Below are positions 20,809 through 29,247 of a stretch of 64,000 nucleotides of DNA, piece by piece. Under the pieces are notes generated by a model, which saw only the letters and a list, made by a program, of their open reading frames with translations, made no database searches and was not told the DNA's origin. The translations under genes were made by a program, and so were the position numbers. Where the stretch lies: the NCBI GenBank assembly GCA_038128225.1, contig JAYPJF010000002.1, positions 191,751-255,750 on the forward strand, written 5' to 3'. Origin of the DNA: a bacterium (GTDB taxonomy: Bacteria; Patescibacteriota; Minisyncoccia; Phycocordibacterales; UBA2100). Position 1 is the first letter of the stretch. The number at the start of each line of letters is the position of its first letter.

Positions 20809-20841
20809 TTCACGAAGCATTCATCGCCAATTCAATAGAAT
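20809..20841 (+). promoter_or_regulatory. shared stress-cluster promoter box
   Basis: TTCA-cgaagca-TTCA-N12-TAGAAT, with a third TTCA in phase at 20831. Confidence 0.65.
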
Positions 20842-20907
20842 GGAAAAGAAAGTTCATTCGTGAATTTTCACGTACGGTGTACTTTTATCAAATAACACAC
20901 TTATGTT

Positions 20908-21876
20908 ATGGAGATACATAACTCTACCCCTCGGACCTATGCCAAGCGCATGCTCGAAACGCTGTGGATTGTGATCGGAGTGGCATTCATTACTAGCTTA
21001 GCGCTGAGTGGACTTTTTCTGCTCGCAAACGCGCAGACTACATCCGCGCCCACATGCACGCTGACCCTAACGCCATCGATGCTCAGCGGCACCGGGCAGT
21101 CCACCGTTCTTTCGTGGACGTCTACTAACGCGTATGGGCTAAGTGTCGCGGGAATTGGGAGCGTCTACCCTGCACTCGGTGGCGCACTGACCGTAACACC
21201 GACCAGCACGAGTCAGACATATATCGGAACCGTGACAGGCACCGGTGGTTCCGCGCAGTGTCAGGTAACACTCAATAGCGGCAGCACCCCGAACGGTACA
21301 ACGGCAACATCGACCACGGCGACAACAACGCCAAGTTCAGGTACGGCAACAAGTACTCCGGGTACAGGAACCTCAACGCCACAAACTGGCTCAGGACAAG
21401 TGCCCGGAAGCACAGCAACCTCTACGGGCTCAGGGGGACAAAACCCCACTCCGCCACTTACCATCACGTACCCTGCACCAGGCACCACCCCAGCACCGAT
21501 GGTTCTTGATGTGAGTAGCGACGGAAGAGTCTTGGTGCGAGGAACAGTACTCATGGCGAGCGCAAATCTCATTACCGTGCGTAGCTGGGGCGGCATTTGG
21601 ATTGTGCGCACAACACCACAAAGTGTTGTGATCCCGCAAATAGTACCAGGAGACATGTCTGCGCTTCGTGTAGGTGACTTCGTAGGTATTGACGGATATA
21701 TGTCCGGACAAATCTACACTATCGACGCGACACTGGTGCGCGACTGGACAACACACCCGTATACCGCATCTGCGAACACCTCCTCAACCGATACACAAGA
21801 GATCCAGGCCTCTGATTTGCCAGAAGGTTCTACTGACACAACTGAATCTGACGCAGGTACTGAGTCCGAAGAGTAA
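20908..21876 (+). CDS. secreted Thr/Ser/Gly-rich surface protein (Ig-like plus small beta domain)
   Basis: signal-like N-terminus, PTCTL..LSWTSTNA..GGSAQC module, low-complexity linker. Confidence 0.75.
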   Translation: MEIHNSTPRTYAKRMLETLWIVIGVAFITSLALSGLFLLANAQTTSAPTCTLTLTPSMLSGTGQSTVLSWTSTNAYGLSVAGIGSVYPALGGALTVTPTSTSQTYIGTVTGTGGSAQCQVTLNSGSTPNGTTATSTTATTTPSSGTATSTPGTGTSTPQTGSGQVPGSTATSTGSGGQNPTPPLTITYPAPGTTPAPMVLDVSSDGRVLVRGTVLMASANLITVRSWGGIWIVRTTPQSVVIPQIVPGDMSALRVGDFVGIDGYMSGQIYTIDATLVRDWTTHPYTASANTSSTDTQEIQASDLPEGSTDTTESDAGTESEE

Positions 21877-21925
21877 TTGTCAAAATCGCTCACGCAAGAG
21901 CAAGCAATTACTCTTTGCAGGAACT

Positions 21926-21960
21926 AAACAACGTAAGCGAAAACGCTTACGTTGTTTTTT
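21926..21960 (+). terminator. intrinsic terminator
   Basis: AAACAACGTAAGCG-AAAA-CGCTTACGTTGTTT followed by Ts. Confidence 0.8.
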
Positions 21961-21972
21961 CGTCCCCGCCGT

Positions 21973-22004
21973 TTAATCATCCTTTCACTTGTCTTTGCAA
22001 TACT
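21973..22004 (+). promoter_or_regulatory. shared stress-cluster promoter box
   Basis: TTAA-tcatcct-TTCA-N11-AATACT. Confidence 0.55.
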
Positions 22005-22043
22005 GAGTTCGGTCGAATTATTAAGTCACACACACTAAATAGT

Positions 22044-22178
22044 ATGGCTAATAACCGAGATGACCGAGACAAAAAAGGGTCTCGCACAAGTTCAAGCGAC
22101 TCGAACGCAAATCGTCGCAGCTCAAGTGACTCTTCGAACACGAAAAGTGGTGGATCAAGCTCACGAAGCTCAAAATAA
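22044..22178 (+). CDS. 44-aa hydrophilin-like Ser-rich peptide
   Basis: MANNRDDRDKKGSRTSSSDSN...; lies downstream of the shared promoter box. Confidence 0.55.
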   Translation: MANNRDDRDKKGSRTSSSDSNANRRSSSDSSNTKSGGSSSRSSK

Positions 22179-22241
22179 ATACATAGAGAGGAAAAGAAAG
22201 ATGAGTGGGGCACGAGACGCTTATTAATTAAATATCTCACC

Positions 22242-22382
22242 ATGAATTACTTCGATGATATTCGCGATCCGTACCGCGGCATGGCGAATGACTGGGAGCG
22301 AGGGCGTGTTACGCGTCGCGAGGATGGGAGCGATTGGGATGAAGAAAACCCTGGCGTCCAGCATTCTGAAACAGACGAATAG
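22242..22382 (+). CDS. 46-aa acidic small protein (below ORF-track cutoff)
   Basis: MNYFDDIRDPYRGMANDWERGRVTRREDGSDWDEENPGVQHSETDE*, followed by a terminator. Confidence 0.5.
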   Translation: MNYFDDIRDPYRGMANDWERGRVTRREDGSDWDEENPGVQHSETDE

Positions 22383-22407
22383 CAACTGAGGATTGAGACA
22401 CGTAGCA

Positions 22408-22445
22408 TACATCAAAAGAGGGGCTCACGCCCCTCTTTTGATGTA
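22408..22445. terminator. bidirectional terminator
   Basis: TACATCAAAAGAGGGGC-TCAC-GCCCCTCTTTTGATGTA. Confidence 0.8.
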
Positions 22446-22458
22446 TAGACAAAAGACA

Positions 22459-22722
22459 CTAGACGATAAGATTCGCAGCCAACAAGAGTATCACTGCGCC
22501 GATCACTGCCCACAAAAAACTCGCGATTGATGTTGGCCGTTCAACTCCAGGTTTACCAGCGCCCATATCAACCTGATCTGCGATCCATCCTCCTACGAAC
22601 GCACCAGCAATTCCAACAAGAATATTTCCGAGTATCCCAAGGCCAGGATCATTACCTACGAATATACTTGCAAGCCACCCTGCAATCCCGCCAAAAACTA
22701 CCCACAACAACATGTTAATCAT
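22459..22722 (-). CDS. GlsB/YeaQ/YmgE family stress membrane protein
   Basis: WVVFGGIAGWLAS...NILVGIAGAFVGG...AVIGAVILL. Confidence 0.9.
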   Translation of the reverse strand: MINMLLWVVFGGIAGWLASIFVGNDPGLGILGNILVGIAGAFVGGWIADQVDMGAGKPGVERPTSIASFLWAVIGAVILLLAANLIV

Positions 22723-22733
22723 ATGTGTGCGGC

Positions 22734-22937
22734 CTAAAAATTGTAATCATGAGACCCGAGCTCCTCAATGACATCCATCGGGCTTCGGTAAGTGCGGTCT
22801 GGCAACGTGCTAATCGCTGTTAATACATCAGCATCCGCGTCATCTTGATCAGCAGCATCCACTAACGCTCGTTTGTCCGCTGGGTAAGCAGCTCCATCAA
22901 TGTACGTACCTATGATAAACGGGTTTATATTTCTCAT
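22734..22937 (-). CDS. DUF2795 family protein
   Basis: YIDGAAYPADKRALV.AA....A.ADVL.AI..LPDRTYRSP.DV. Confidence 0.85.
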   Translation of the reverse strand: MRNINPFIIGTYIDGAAYPADKRALVDAADQDDADADVLTAISTLPDRTYRSPMDVIEELGSHDYNF

Positions 22938-23015
22938 ACCTAGATGATTGAATTTATAAATCGACCGCACGTCTACACAATAAACTTTGAAAACTTCCGC
23001 TCCTACGCAGTCTCT

Positions 23016-23048
23016 AGCCTACAGAGGAGTGCATGAACCGTTCGTGAA
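23016..23048 (-). promoter_or_regulatory. shared stress-cluster promoter box (DUF2795-GlsB)
   Basis: TTCA-cgaacgg-TTCA-N12-TAGGCT on the minus strand. Confidence 0.65.
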
Positions 23049-23106
23049 TTCACACAGATAGAGGGGGCCTGTGATACACTTGCGTGGGTAACAAAAGGAG
23101 CACCTC

Positions 23107-23475
23107 ATGCAGGAAACGTGGGCGCGGATCATACATGCCTTAGAGCAATTGTGGCAGCTTATGTTGCAGTTGCTTCAGTTTTTGTATCGCTGGTCGTTTG
23201 GTGAAATCGTCACCATGTTCCAGACAATTTTGCCAAATTTCGGAGCACTTCCACTGTGGAAACAAATTCTTGTGCTGGTGGTGGCAGCGGCTGTCGCCTA
23301 CCTGCTCTATCTGATGTTCAGGGATATCGTCTCCGCAGTCGTGCGCATCTTTGACGCAGTGCTGTCGCTTGTTCGTGCGATAGTGGCAAATCTGCAATAC
23401 GTTTTGGTAGCCGGAATAATCGCCATCGGTGGTTCCTGGGTGATCAACAATATGACGGTCTCATGGCTTCCGTAG
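23107..23475 (+). CDS. membrane hypothetical protein
   Basis: AAGGAG SD, hydrophobic ORF, terminator at 23491-23520. Confidence 0.7.
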   Translation: MQETWARIIHALEQLWQLMLQLLQFLYRWSFGEIVTMFQTILPNFGALPLWKQILVLVVAAAVAYLLYLMFRDIVSAVVRIFDAVLSLVRAIVANLQYVLVAGIIAIGGSWVINNMTVSWLP

Positions 23476-23539
23476 CCGAGAGCGCAACGCAAAACCGCGA
23501 AGTACATACTTCGCGGTTTTCGTGTTTGCGTGCGCTGTA

Positions 23540-24631
23540 TTAGCGCCAACTTCGATCAAAATCTTGAAAGACGTTTTTTGTGATTCTTTCTACTTGATCA
23601 GTTGCGTAGGAACTAACACGATCGTGTGTTTCTTTTGCCCACGCCTGTTGCCCATATTCATTCCAAGAATCTACGCTATCGGAATTTTTTTTCCAATCGT
23701 CCGCGTCATAGTCATGTGACTTCCATGATTGGTTTTTGTCTCTTCCATGGCCATCCTCATATGAGCCCTTACCCCATCCACTGTCATCCTTCTTGTCCCA
23801 GTCGTTTTTTTCATGATCGTCTTTAGCGTATCCATGCCTACCGTCTTTGCCATCCTTACCGTCTTTACCGCCACCGTGCTGCCATGTCATCCAGTAATCA
23901 TTCTGGTACCCATCCGCGTCATACCACCAACTATGCTTGGAATCTTTCTTGTCGCTAGACTTTGCGTGCGAGTGGTCATCATAGCACCATGTGTTTCCTC
24001 CATCGTGTGTGTGTTTTTTTGAATCATCACACCATCCGTCCTTACAGGTGTTGTGACCGTCATCACCATACGCGAAGGTGCCTGAAACCTGTCCGCGAAT
24101 TTCACCGTTCGGGTAGTCAGTGGTGTGCACGTTTACATAGATCTGTCCATTTGCCATCTGTCGCTTGAGGTCATCGACGGTCGCTATTGTCTGAGCGCAG
24201 CCTGCGTTTAACCGAATTGATCCTTGCTCAATAGACCCAGACGCGAGCACGCCATTGAGTGTTGTCGTAGCCATGCCGCCGTTGTAGAGCGTAACCACTA
24301 CTGGACCGTTTACGCCAGGTGCCCCACAGTGTAAGTGTGCCTCGGTTACCTTGTCGATGGCACTGACATTCAATGTAAAGCGTAGGTTTTCGTTTGTATT
24401 TTGTGATGCGCTGAACGAACCTGACGCGCTCGTTGATACCTGAGGAACTTCCTGCGACCCACTGAGGTTTGCTTCAGCTGAGAAGGCTCTCTCACTTCCA
24501 CTTCCGTACTCTATTGTCGAATACACTTCCGCGTGCGCATCATGCGCAAAGAATATTCCTAGCGCGAGCACCATGAAAGGTACGATGATACGCCCAGCTA
24601 CCTTTCGTTTTATGTGTTTTTTCTTTTCCAT
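23540..24631 (-). CDS. secreted CHRD-domain protein with D/H/W/K-rich low-complexity tail
   Basis: LSGSQEVP, AHLHCGAPGVNGPVV, YVNVHTTDYPNGEIRGQ. Confidence 0.88.
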   Translation of the reverse strand: MEKKKHIKRKVAGRIIVPFMVLALGIFFAHDAHAEVYSTIEYGSGSERAFSAEANLSGSQEVPQVSTSASGSFSASQNTNENLRFTLNVSAIDKVTEAHLHCGAPGVNGPVVVTLYNGGMATTTLNGVLASGSIEQGSIRLNAGCAQTIATVDDLKRQMANGQIYVNVHTTDYPNGEIRGQVSGTFAYGDDGHNTCKDGWCDDSKKHTHDGGNTWCYDDHSHAKSSDKKDSKHSWWYDADGYQNDYWMTWQHGGGKDGKDGKDGRHGYAKDDHEKNDWDKKDDSGWGKGSYEDGHGRDKNQSWKSHDYDADDWKKNSDSVDSWNEYGQQAWAKETHDRVSSYATDQVERITKNVFQDFDRSWR

Positions 24632-24701
24632 ACTGTTTTTATTAAGGCTATTAATAATGGTGGCACTGTGCCACAAATTCGGGAGCGCCGAACATACCTC
24701 C

Positions 24702-24733
24702 ACACTAAAGAAGATGCGTGAATAGTGAGTGAA
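24702..24733 (-). promoter_or_regulatory. shared stress-cluster promoter box (CHRD gene)
   Basis: TTCA-ctcacta-TTCA-N11-TAGTGT on the minus strand. Confidence 0.65.
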
Positions 24734-24744
24734 TGCGCGAGTAC

Positions 24745-24777
24745 TTAATCCTGAATTCACCAGAGTTTCTGTACAAT
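24745..24777 (+). promoter_or_regulatory. shared stress-cluster promoter box (Hsp20)
   Basis: TTAA-tcctgaa-TTCA-N12-TACAAT, 7 nt before ATG. Confidence 0.65.
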
Positions 24778-24784
24778 CGACGAT

Positions 24785-25429
24785 ATGCGAAACAAACAAA
24801 ACAAACAGAAGGGCGCAAAACAAAACACGGGGGCGAAAAGCGGTTCGCGCGTTAGCATGCAGAAACGTTCAGACAGCGCGCGGAGCTCGAAACATTCCAC
24901 ACAGCCATCGCCCAATAGATATCCGACCGAATGGGGCGCGACGCCACTCCGTGACGTATTCGATCGTTTGTACGAACAAATGTTGGCGGAGCCGATAGAT
25001 TTTTTGCGAACGCCACGACTGCTTTCATATATGAACCGCGCATATTTCCCCCACGCAGATGTTCGGGAAACCGGCGACATCATCGAAGTGCGCGCGGATA
25101 TCCCAGGAGTTGCTCCTGAAAAACTTGAAGTTTATGTGCGCAACGATGGGCTTCATATCGCGGGTAGTATTGAGCAAAAGCGTGAACCGACAGAACCGAA
25201 TGAAGAAGCGAATCGTGGATATCGATTTGAGCGTATACATGGCACATTTCACCGGGTTCTTAGTTTGCCTGCAGAAGTTGATAAAGATGCGGTACGTGCA
25301 GTGTGCATGAACGGTGTCCTTACCGTGACACTGCCAAAGATACAAGGGTCGCATGCACGTATCCCCATTGAGGTCGATGACTCAACGGAACAAAAATCTG
25401 TTGTTAATAAAAACAATCAAAAAACCTAG
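24785..25429 (+). CDS. Hsp20/alpha-crystallin small heat shock protein
   Basis: [46 protein letters not shown]. Confidence 0.93.
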   Translation: MRNKQNKQKGAKQNTGAKSGSRVSMQKRSDSARSSKHSTQPSPNRYPTEWGATPLRDVFDRLYEQMLAEPIDFLRTPRLLSYMNRAYFPHADVRETGDIIEVRADIPGVAPEKLEVYVRNDGLHIAGSIEQKREPTEPNEEANRGYRFERIHGTFHRVLSLPAEVDKDAVRAVCMNGVLTVTLPKIQGSHARIPIEVDDSTEQKSVVNKNNQKT

Positions 25430-25430
25430 T

Positions 25431-25622
25431 ATGCTTTACGCTACCTTTCTGTTTCTCGTACTAGCGCTTGTTGCAGGATATTTCGGCTTCTTTAGCGTTG
25501 CTAGCGCATCAGCCGGAATTGCACAGGTGCTTTTTTTCCTATTTCTAATTTTGCTTGCTCTTTCACTTGTCGCCCGATTTGCGCGCAGTGCGGATGAAAT
25601 CGTAGAACGAGAGTTGGAGTGA
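25431..25622 (+). CDS. DUF1328 (YtjA-like) small membrane protein
   Basis: [36 protein letters not shown]. Confidence 0.88.
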   Translation: MLYATFLFLVLALVAGYFGFFSVASASAGIAQVLFFLFLILLALSLVARFARSADEIVERELE

Positions 25623-25683
25623 CTACTTCGAGGGAAGACAGAACAGGCGAACGAAATGCTCGCTCGCCCGTTTCCCTTGTTCG

Positions 25684-26136
25684 CTATTCAACAGTCTGCA
25701 TCTCATCAGTGAGGTGCAGAATACGTGCCGCTGCTCCACCAAGAATCCACGCGTCGTAGACAACCACGGCAATGGTCATGCATCCGATCACAAGATTTAG
25801 TGACGAAACCGGATACAAGTTGACCAGATCGAGCACGATCATAAAGAGCCCAGGGATCGCAGGGAGGAGCGATAAAATTGCATCGATAGTTTGCGCTCCA
25901 GGTGTGCCAAGCTTCGCGTACCCGAGAGGATACCCTTGCACTGTAAGATACACGAGCCCAAGCAGCGCAACTCCCATGCCAAACGCAAAACCTTCAGGCG
26001 CACTCTCGATTCCCATACTCGCAAAACTTGCTTGCGGTGCAAAGGCATAGAGTGCGATGAGTGCCGCAGTCAAAATCAATGACGCAAATGCACGAGTTCG
26101 GATTGCTCTCATATCATTCTCTCCATGTTCTCCCAT
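25684..26136 (-). CDS. membrane hypothetical protein
   Basis: 4 TMs; lies downstream of the shared promoter box. Confidence 0.65.
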   Translation of the reverse strand: MGEHGENDMRAIRTRAFASLILTAALIALYAFAPQASFASMGIESAPEGFAFGMGVALLGLVYLTVQGYPLGYAKLGTPGAQTIDAILSLLPAIPGLFMIVLDLVNLYPVSSLNLVIGCMTIAVVVYDAWILGGAAARILHLTDEMQTVE

Positions 26137-26158
26137 ACACGTGCATGGGACTTGTTAC

Positions 26159-26191
26159 ACGCTACCCTTTTCGCAATGAATGTTTTGTTAA
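26159..26191 (-). promoter_or_regulatory. shared stress-cluster promoter box
   Basis: TTAA-caaaaca-TTCA-N12-TAGCGT on the minus strand. Confidence 0.65.
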
Positions 26192-26206
26192 GCACCGTCG
26201 GCGCTG

Positions 26207-26238
26207 TTAACGAGTCCTTCATCACTCATATCTACAAT
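26207..26238 (+). promoter_or_regulatory. shared stress-cluster promoter box (KGG gene)
   Basis: TTAA-cgagtcc-TTCA-N11-TACAAT. Confidence 0.65.
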
Positions 26239-26279
26239 AGGTGTGGTCGAACATTATTCGTTTCGAACCAAAAACCACT

Positions 26280-26489
26280 ATGGTAAACGACACAAAATCA
26301 AGCTCAGATGGACGCGGGTTTGCATCAATGGATGAGGAACGCCGTCGAGAGATTGCTTCAAAAGGTGGACAAAGCCAGGGAAAGGAAAACAATCCAGGTA
26401 ACTTCGCAAACGACCCTGAGCGTGCCGCAGAAGCGGGACGCAAGGGCGGCCAAAGCCGAAGTAATAATTCTGAAAGCGCAAACGAATAG
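26280..26489 (+). CDS. KGG-repeat general stress protein (GsiB/YciG-like)
   Basis: RGFASMDEERRREIASKGG...NFANDPERAAEAGRKGG. Confidence 0.92.
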   Translation: MVNDTKSSSDGRGFASMDEERRREIASKGGQSQGKENNPGNFANDPERAAEAGRKGGQSRSNNSESANE

Positions 26490-26503
26490 CACGTAACTGG
26501 CAA

Positions 26504-26535
26504 AACAAAAACGCGCGGTACCGCGCGTTTTTGTT
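26504..26535. terminator. bidirectional terminator
   Basis: perfect palindrome AACAAAAACGCGCGGTACCGCGCGTTTTTGTT. Confidence 0.75.
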
Positions 26536-26567
26536 GTACGTCCGTTTTAACTCCGAACAAGTCCGTA

Positions 26568-26643
26568 TGGTGGACCCTACCGGATTTGAACCGGTGACCT
26601 CCTCATTGCAAATGAGGCGCTCTACCAACTAAGCTAAGGGCCC
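26568..26643 (-). tRNA. tRNA-Ala(TGC)
   Basis: anticodon arm CCTCA-TTTGCAA-TGAGG; CCA encoded. Confidence 0.95.
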
Positions 26644-26736
26644 AAACACAGGGATTCACCCCTGGCGAAACACTATACCACACCACTTTCTTTTTGAAAC
26701 TACAGGCATGATATCTCCTTGTCACAAGGTCATTCC

Positions 26737-26898
26737 TTGTTCGGGCTGCCGGGAATCGGTCATTAGTTTTGCTTTGCAAACTATCGACCCCGCCTCGGCT
26801 GTCTTATTGCATTCGACATGCCTCCGGCTTTCGATTCCGGACGCTGCACGCTCAAGCGCGCGTCTCATCCCTCACTTTGTTCGGGCTGCCGGGAATCG
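26737..26898 (-). repeat. 22-bp direct repeat of the tRNA-Pro 3' end bracketing a 118-bp structured insert
   Basis: TTGTTCGGGCTGCCGGGAATCG at 26737-26758 and 26877-26898. Confidence 0.8.
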
Positions 26899-26951
26899 AA
26901 CCCGGTCTACACCCACCCCATGGGCGCGTACTACCGGTATACTACAGCCCG
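26881..26951 (-). tRNA. tRNA-Pro(GGG)
   Basis: CGGGCTG acceptor stem; anticodon loop ATGGGGT. Confidence 0.9.
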
Positions 26952-26970
26952 CACTTGTGGAATCCTTTTG

Positions 26971-27041
26971 TCGGGATGCCGGGAATCGAACCCGGTCTTT
27001 ACGCACCCGAAGCGCACGTACTACCGGTATACTACATCCCG
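26971..27041 (-). tRNA. tRNA-Pro(CGG)
   Basis: CGGGATG acceptor stem; anticodon loop TTCGGGT. Confidence 0.9.
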
Positions 27042-27058
27042 AAAAAAGAACTCCACGG

Positions 27059-27132
27059 TGCATCCTGAAGGATTCGAACCTTCGACCTTTCGAATGTGAA
27101 TCGAATGCTCTAGCCAACTGAGCTAAGGATGC
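27059..27132 (-). tRNA. tRNA-Val(CAC)
   Basis: anticodon arm TTCGA-TTCACAT-TCGAA; GTTCGAATC T-loop. Confidence 0.9.
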
Positions 27133-27291
27133 GTACACGCCAGTATGCCAAAGATACGAGGAAGTTCCACTCGCGCTCATTGCTACCACAACACACTCGC
27201 TCGGATACAGTATACCGATTAATCTGCAAGAGTTGCAAATTATGATTATTATTGTAGAATCTTTTCCGGCAACAAAGAGGAGGAGGTCGCC

Positions 27292-27528
27292 TTGAGCTAC
27301 GAATTGTTCCCACTGCCGCTCCTACTGGCAGTTACGGCGGGCATGCTCGCCGCGTATACAGTCGGATCACTCATACTTCTCTTGCTTATAGGCAGGGGGC
27401 AGGAGGATCCGAAGGCACCAATCAAAATACGGGTGTCGCAGGTTGCTGTCGGGATTGGACATGCGCTAGCACTTACTCTGCTTGCGCTCCTGGCTGGCAA
27501 TTTTTTGAGATACTTCGGCATGCTGTAG
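27292..27528 (+). CDS. orphan 2-TM small protein
   Basis: TTGCAA-N16-TAGAAT promoter, AGGAGG SD, TTG start. Confidence 0.6.
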   Translation: MSYELFPLPLLLAVTAGMLAAYTVGSLILLLLIGRGQEDPKAPIKIRVSQVAVGIGHALALTLLALLAGNFLRYFGML

Positions 27529-27583
27529 GTAGCCGGTTTGCGCAGCGAAGCTTTGCTTTCGCTGCGCATTCGCTTTGTAAATT

Positions 27584-28048
27584 TTACGCCGAGTGAGCCC
27601 CGATACGCCCAACCATTTGAGAAAGATTCTGCAAAAACGACCCGACCGCAGCAACCGCGAGAATAACGACAAAGAACGTGCCGAGCGGATTCACAAAATA
27701 CAAAACCGAGACAAGAAGCGCTGCCCATAACCCAGTACACCAAAGACATTCGATCATTTCAGCCATGAGTCTCCTGAAACCACCGGCAGGTTTTTTGTGC
27801 TCATCTCCCACTTTGTCCATAAACCATTCACGCACAAACGCAAAGATTTTATCGAAGGTTACGAGTCGTATTATGCGGAAAGTAGCAAGCGAGAGCACGA
27901 CCATGTCGAACCCATTAATATGGTACATCCAGCGCCCTAAACCGCGGCCGCCGGTAAGTACGGCAAACCCAACTCCTACAAGCACCGCAAACACAACCAG
28001 CGCAAGAAAATTCCAAAACACCTGATCCTTGGGCATGTGATTCGACAT
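27584..28048 (-). CDS. DUF1360 family membrane protein
   Basis: LATFRIIRLVTFDKIF...CLWCTGLW. Confidence 0.85.
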   Translation of the reverse strand: MSNHMPKDQVFWNFLALVVFAVLVGVGFAVLTGGRGLGRWMYHINGFDMVVLSLATFRIIRLVTFDKIFAFVREWFMDKVGDEHKKPAGGFRRLMAEMIECLWCTGLWAALLVSVLYFVNPLGTFFVVILAVAAVGSFLQNLSQMVGRIGAHSA

Positions 28049-28092
28049 GAATGAAGCTATTATACCTTACTACACAGTAAGGAGTACTAAGA

Positions 28093-28500
28093 CTACGCTA
28101 TGTTCACATCCGTTTTTCGCATTGCCCCGACACTCATAGGGCCTGTGCCATGAATTATCACTGCGAGCAATCCACCGATGATACCAAGGTTCTTAAGCGC
28201 TTGTGTGAGCTGGTTTGCATCAGCAAAATTACTATGCGCAACCACAATTGTGACCAGCACAAACCCGATTAAAGCCCACGCTGCCCATTCTCCTTTGTAT
28301 CCCAGAAGGAGCATAAGTCCTCCGCCGACTTTCACCGCAATAACAATCGCGGCTGCAAGTGTACCCATCGGTACGATACTGCCGATAAAAGCCGCGGTTT
28401 GGCCAAAACTAAAAAGCATCCCTGTGCCCGAGACAATAAAAAGAGCCGAGAGACAAACTCGCATTATTAAAGGACCCCATTCACGTAATATTGTTTGCAT
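28093..28500 (-). CDS. DoxX family membrane protein
   Basis: RVCLSALFIVSG...GGLMLLLG...LKNLGIIGGLL. Confidence 0.88.
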   Translation of the reverse strand: MQTILREWGPLIMRVCLSALFIVSGTGMLFSFGQTAAFIGSIVPMGTLAAAIVIAVKVGGGLMLLLGYKGEWAAWALIGFVLVTIVVAHSNFADANQLTQALKNLGIIGGLLAVIIHGTGPMSVGAMRKTDVNIA

Positions 28501-28581
28501 ATAAGCACGCGACTACCTACATAATAATTTCCAAAGCATAGCCCCCGCGAGATGCGGGGGCAAGATCGATATGCACAGCCT

Positions 28582-28797
28582 CTATGGTCGTTCGAGCGCG
28601 TCGCCAGGAAGCCCAAGCCATGTAAGGTACTCGAGGCACGCCTCAAACGTCATGCGGCAAGTCAGAACACAGTGGCAAAGATAATCAAGAAGGTTGCCTG
28701 TTCCTTCGGCAGAGGCTAGGTTAAAAACTCTCACACCTTCCGGAGTTTTAAGCGTAACACTTTCGAATCTACGTGTCTTTGCAACAAAGTGGGCCAT
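28582..28797 (-). CDS. orphan hypothetical protein
   Basis: GGAG SD; hairpin at 28541-28561 downstream. Confidence 0.5.
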   Translation of the reverse strand: MAHFVAKTRRFESVTLKTPEGVRVFNLASAEGTGNLLDYLCHCVLTCRMTFEACLEYLTWLGLPGDALERP

Positions 28798-28878
28798 GGG
28801 AGTTCTCCGTTAGTAACGTATGCTCGCGCCACTGTAGAATGCCTTACAAAAAAGTAAAGTGAGCTCGTCCGAAACTCT

Positions 28879-29127
28879 TCACATCTGAGCCTCGGCATCT
28901 GTGTTGTCAGTGTGTTCCAAAAGCCTATTAAATTCTTCATCAGTGATTGTCCCGTCTTCCATAATTTTTTCTGGCACAATGTCTTTCTTGTTTTCTTCTG
29001 TTGATTCTTGTGCCTCGGTAGATGGTAGTGATTTTTCTGGCTTGATTTCTCCCCACAAGAGTGCCCCGCAAAGAAGTACCGCCATCCCCAAAAGCACAAC
29101 GCGCATTACTACCGTACTTTTTTGCAT
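28879..29127 (-). CDS. small membrane-anchored acidic protein
   Basis: N-terminal TM, acidic tail. Confidence 0.5.
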   Translation of the reverse strand: MQKSTVVMRVVLLGMAVLLCGALLWGEIKPEKSLPSTEAQESTEENKKDIVPEKIMEDGTITDEEFNRLLEHTDNTDAEAQM

Positions 29128-29247
29128 ACTCAATTATAAAATATAAGAAACATTGGAGTCTAGTATAACAGTGCAGCGATGAAGCCAACTATAATCTATA
29201 CAGGGCGCCGCGGCAGAAGCCGGGCGCCCTGAATACTACTGCGAAAC

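Noticed and set aside
26708-27189. Several ORFs over the tRNA cluster (also 17833-18268, 18642-18851, 44969-45250)
   Set aside because: They overlap tRNA genes and are shadow ORFs.
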